Assembly: GCA_965116495.1 (NCBI GenBank)
Contig: OZ220696.1
Coordinates: forward strand, 4,277,125 to 4,341,124
Length of the DNA stretch: 64,000 bases
Direction: 5' to 3'
Source: Gammaproteobacteria bacterium
Lineage (GTDB): Bacteria; Pseudomonadota; Gammaproteobacteria; Eutrophobiales; Eutrophobiaceae
Part shown: piece by piece, positions 61,128 through 64,000 of the stretch
How the letters are laid out: each line of letters opens with the position of its first letter
Numbering within the stretch: position 1 is the first letter of the stretch
Notes under the pieces: generated by a model
Seen by the model: only the letters and a program-made list of their open reading frames with translations
Told to the model about the DNA's origin: nothing
Databases searched by the model: none
Program-made: the position numbers and the translations under genes

Positions 61128-62288
61128 CTAAATTTCCCCCAGCAGGGAAACCAGGTCGACGGCTGAGACGCCGGGGCTTATCACACTCCCTGCGTCAGTC
61201 TTCGATGAACCGCTATGGACCAACATTGAGCGTGTTTCATACCTGTTAATCGCCTTGGCCAGACGACTCAGGGATTGCGTCATGGAGGGTTTTGGTGTTT
61301 TTGTTGCCTTTGCTTCCACGAGTAGTAGTGCGCCTGCTCCCTGTGGTATGACGAAGTCAACCTCCAGTCCTTGTTGATCGCGGAAGTAGTAGAGTTCTTT
61401 CCGTTTGCCGTTGTTCACCTGATGCTTGACAATTTCTGCGGCAACGAATCCTTCGAACAGGGCGCCATGGAATGGCGACTTGCGCAGTGTTGCGACGTTA
61501 TCAATCCCCAGCAGGTGGCAAACCAGGCCGGAGTCGGCGAAATACAGTCTTGGCGATTTAATCAGGCGTTTGCCGAAATGTTCGTAAAAAGGCGGGACTA
61601 CGATAATTTGCCCGGTCATTTCCAGTACGTTCAGCCACGAGGATACCGTGGGCACTGAAACGCCCAACGGCGCGGCCAGGTCGGTTTTATTCAATATGCT
61701 GCCATGGCGTGAAGCCAGTAGCGCCATGAAACGTCTGAATGTGCTCAAGTCCCTGATCGCGGTGATGGCGCGTACGTCGCGTTCCAGATAAGTCTGTATG
61801 TACGAACGAAACCAGAGATCTGCCATCCCCGGTTTTCTGATGATGTCAGGATAACCACCACGTAACAGGCTGACTTTATCAGTTTCCCGTATGGACAGGG
61901 GAAACAGTTGCAACACCGCCACCCGTCCGGCCATGGATTCGGACACCCCCTGCATCAACGGCGCCTCCTGTGACCCGGTCAGCAACCATTGCCCCTTGCG
62001 CTCAGGCGCAGAATCTATACGTGTGCGAATATATCCCAGCAATGCCGGGGTATTCTGTATCTCATCCAGGATTACCGGAGTCTTCAACTCATCCAGAAAT
62101 CCCCGGGGGTCGCTGTTGACCCGGGCTATAACATCCGGGTCCTCAAGCAAAACATAGCTTGCCTTGGGAAAAACATGCCTCAACAAGGTGGTTTTTCCAC
62201 ATTGCCTGGCCCCCGTCAGCAGGGTGGCAGGAAAATTCCGGGCGGCTTTCCGTAACTCCGCCGCGGCTATGCGGGGGATATAAGACAT
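61128..62288 (-). CDS. AAA_14/DUF4143 family ATPase
   Basis: GARQCGKT, ILDEIQ, TGSQ, GGYP, Y..TYLERD, HTH GVS.PTV..W, K.PRLYF.DSG, EVDF...LVEAK. Confidence 0.9.
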   Translation of the reverse strand: MSYIPRIAAAELRKAARNFPATLLTGARQCGKTTLLRHVFPKASYVLLEDPDVIARVNSDPRGFLDELKTPVILDEIQNTPALLGYIRTRIDSAPERKGQWLLTGSQEAPLMQGVSESMAGRVAVLQLFPLSIRETDKVSLLRGGYPDIIRKPGMADLWFRSYIQTYLERDVRAITAIRDLSTFRRFMALLASRHGSILNKTDLAAPLGVSVPTVSSWLNVLEMTGQIIVVPPFYEHFGKRLIKSPRLYFADSGLVCHLLGIDNVATLRKSPFHGALFEGFVAAEIVKHQVNNGKRKELYYFRDQQGLEVDFVIPQGAGALLLVEAKATKTPKPSMTQSLSRLAKAINRYETRSMLVHSGSSKTDAGSVISPGVSAVDLVSLLGEI

Positions 62289-62325
62289 TTGAGAATTCTA
62301 AACTGAAACTTTAGAAAACTCAAAT
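62287..62325. promoter_or_regulatory. Palindrome overlapping the ATPase start codon
   Basis: ATTTGAGAATTCTAAA-N7-TTTAGAAAACTCAAAT (14 of 16 complementary). Confidence 0.6.
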
Positions 62326-62335
62326 ATGTTTTCTA

Positions 62336-62392
62336 TTGCTGAGCCGTACCTGTAGCTGTGTCGGAATTCGTCCTGATCGATATACCCCGCAG
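62336..62392 (-). pseudogene. Third, degenerate remnant of the addiction antitoxin 3' end
   Basis: ttgctgagccgtacctg...tcggaattcgtcc.gatcgatata.cccgcag matches 56956-57014. Confidence 0.75.
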
Positions 62393-62502
62393 CATTGGAG
62401 GTGTTCTGGTAGCTTTCAAACTTGATGCTGTTTCAATCCATGCACTCCCCGAATTCTCTGGAGATGATGCCAGATAGTAAAAGGTAGAGGTATTCGCATC
62501 GA

Positions 62503-62596
62503 TCAAAACGGCGACCCGTAGGTCGCCGCCGAATGTTGTGAATTCTCACTTGTTAATCCTTGCAAGAACCACTTATTCCCAAGTGCATCAAGAACA
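62503..62596 (-). ncRNA. Candidate tracrRNA
   Basis: Divergent from cas9; promoter TTGACG-N16-TATACT (62630-62603); TTAACAAG, GTGA-GAAT-TCAC nexus-like stem, terminator CGGCGACC-TACG-GGTCGCCG-TTTT. Confidence 0.65.
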
Positions 62597-62652
62597 TGCC
62601 CTAGTATAATGATAAAATTGCACGCGTCAATAATAATAGATTGGGAGATTTT

Positions 62653-64000
62653 ATGACTACATATCGGTTAGGTTTGGATGTCGGCACCAACTCGCTTGGT
62701 TGGAGTATTGTGGAATTATCCGAACAAAGTGGAAATATGCTGCCCTGCCGGGTTTTGAATGCCGGGGTTCGTATTTTTTCCGATGGCCGGGATGTTAAAT
62801 CCAAGGCGACGCTGAAAGCCGACCGTCGTATGGCGCGTTCGGCGCGCCGCCGGCGTGATCGTTTCAAACAAAGACAGACTTTTCTGATTGCAGAATTACA
62901 AAAAGCCGCGCTGTTGCCGGAGGACTCTGATGCGCTGAAATGCTTACAGCCATTGAATCCACTGTGGCTACGCGCCACTGCATTGACTGAAAAACTGCCA
63001 GCCCACCACGTCGGACGCGCCCTGTTTCATCTCAATCAACGTCGAGGTTTCAAGAGCAACCGCAAGGACCGTAGTGAAGAAGTGACAAGCGGAAAAGTAT
63101 CTGGTTCAGTGCGTTTATTACTGGAACAGATGGGGTTGATAAATCCGCCGTTATCAAAGGAGGCGTACAAGGAGCTATCGAGAGAGGATAAGAAGAAGGC
63201 TCATCAAAAAGAAGCGGAAGACAGGGAACTTGCCCTGAAAAAGTTGTCTGGTGACAGAACCCTGACATACGGGTCTTTTCTATGGCAGCGCCATCAAGAG
63301 GGCAGGCCAAGCCGGGCAAGACCCGGGGTTGGTGATAACGGCAAGCTGTATGACGTTTATCCGCAGCGGGAACTATATGAAGATGAGTTCAACAAGATTT
63401 GGGATAGTCAAGCGACCTACCATCCTGAATTAATTAACGATGAGGCACGAAAACGTATACATACGGCTATTTTCAGCCAACGGACATTAAAGGCACAGGC
63501 ACGCGGCAAATGTGCATACCTGCCTGCAGAAGACCGTACCTTCCGCGCTATGCCGAGTTTTCAACGTTACCGCATGCTTCAGGACTTAAATAATCTGGAT
63601 TGGAGCATAGGGAGGCACAAGCATCATCTAAGCGATCATCGTGACGCGCGTGGTGGGATTTTACGCGTGATGGAAACTGTTTCGACAAAGGACGGACGGC
63701 TCGTTTGGAGCAAAATGAAAAATATTCTGAAGAAGATGGAGCTTGCTGAGGGTAACTTCACTTTCAATTTTGAAAGCCCTAAACGAAAGGGGCTGGATGG
63801 TAATTCGACCTCAAAGATTATGCAGGATGAAGATTATGTGGGGACTGAATGGCACAATTGGAGTGCAGGTAAACAGGATAAGTTTGTTGAAGTTATTCTG
63901 GATGACAACCTGAACGATGATGAAGTCAGGCAGCGCCTGATGCAGGAGTTTGATTTATCTGAACAAAAAGCAACCAAATGCGTTTACGCTCCACTTGTGG
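62653..64000 (+). CDS. cas9: CRISPR-associated endonuclease Cas9 (type II-C-like), 3' end outside window
   Basis: Open frame from ATG 62653 to window end: RuvC-I YRLGLDVGTNSLGW, GVRIFSDGR, bridge helix RRMARSARRRRDR, HLNQRRGFKSNRK, IFSQR.LK...GKC. Confidence 0.95.
   Translation, partial: MTTYRLGLDVGTNSLGWSIVELSEQSGNMLPCRVLNAGVRIFSDGRDVKSKATLKADRRMARSARRRRDRFKQRQTFLIAELQKAALLPEDSDALKCLQPLNPLWLRATALTEKLPAHHVGRALFHLNQRRGFKSNRKDRSEEVTSGKVSGSVRLLLEQMGLINPPLSKEAYKELSREDKKKAHQKEAEDRELALKKLSGDRTLTYGSFLWQRHQEGRPSRARPGVGDNGKLYDVYPQRELYEDEFNKIWDSQATYHPELINDEARKRIHTAIFSQRTLKAQARGKCAYLPAEDRTFRAMPSFQRYRMLQDLNNLDWSIGRHKHHLSDHRDARGGILRVMETVSTKDGRLVWSKMKNILKKMELAEGNFTFNFESPKRKGLDGNSTSKIMQDEDYVGTEWHNWSAGKQDKFVEVILDDNLNDDEVRQRLMQEFDLSEQKATKCVYAPLV

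Noticed and set aside
62601-63319. Minus-strand ORFs 62601-62978 and 63050-63319
   Set aside because: Antisense shadows of cas9.

Overview
Bacterial chromosome segment, most likely from a gammaproteobacterium (rplM-rpsI, coq7, degQ, oxyR, acnA, mnmA, yhdP, rng, recQ). The housekeeping backbone carries three accessory blocks. (1) A left island (about 1.8-7.6 kb) has BrnTA and AbrB/VapC toxin-antitoxin modules and an AAA_14/DUF4143 ATPase, bracketed by a palindromic REP-like repeat. (2) A RutR-associated pyrimidine utilisation cluster (22.7-37 kb) has deoA, a TonB-dependent receptor, an atypical uracil-DNA-glycosylase-like protein, a GMC oxidoreductase, NIPSNAP, an NCS1 permease, an LLM oxidoreductase, mmsA, dihydropyrimidinase and ureidopropionase. 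(3) A right defence island (56-64 kb) is built from nested direct repeats, with intact antitoxins beside broken toxins, two more AAA/DUF4143 ATPases and an NYN nuclease with a structured leader. It ends in the 5' part of a type II-C-like cas9 that the ORF track missed, preceded by a divergent tracrRNA candidate and a solitary class-1-like CRISPR repeat. The best candidate for an undescribed system is the RutR-box-controlled TBDR / UNG-like / GMC / NIPSNAP / NCS1 / LLM operon, where the UNG homologue keeps its uracil pocket but has lost its DNA-gripping loops. All calls come from motif reading by eye; no database searches were run.
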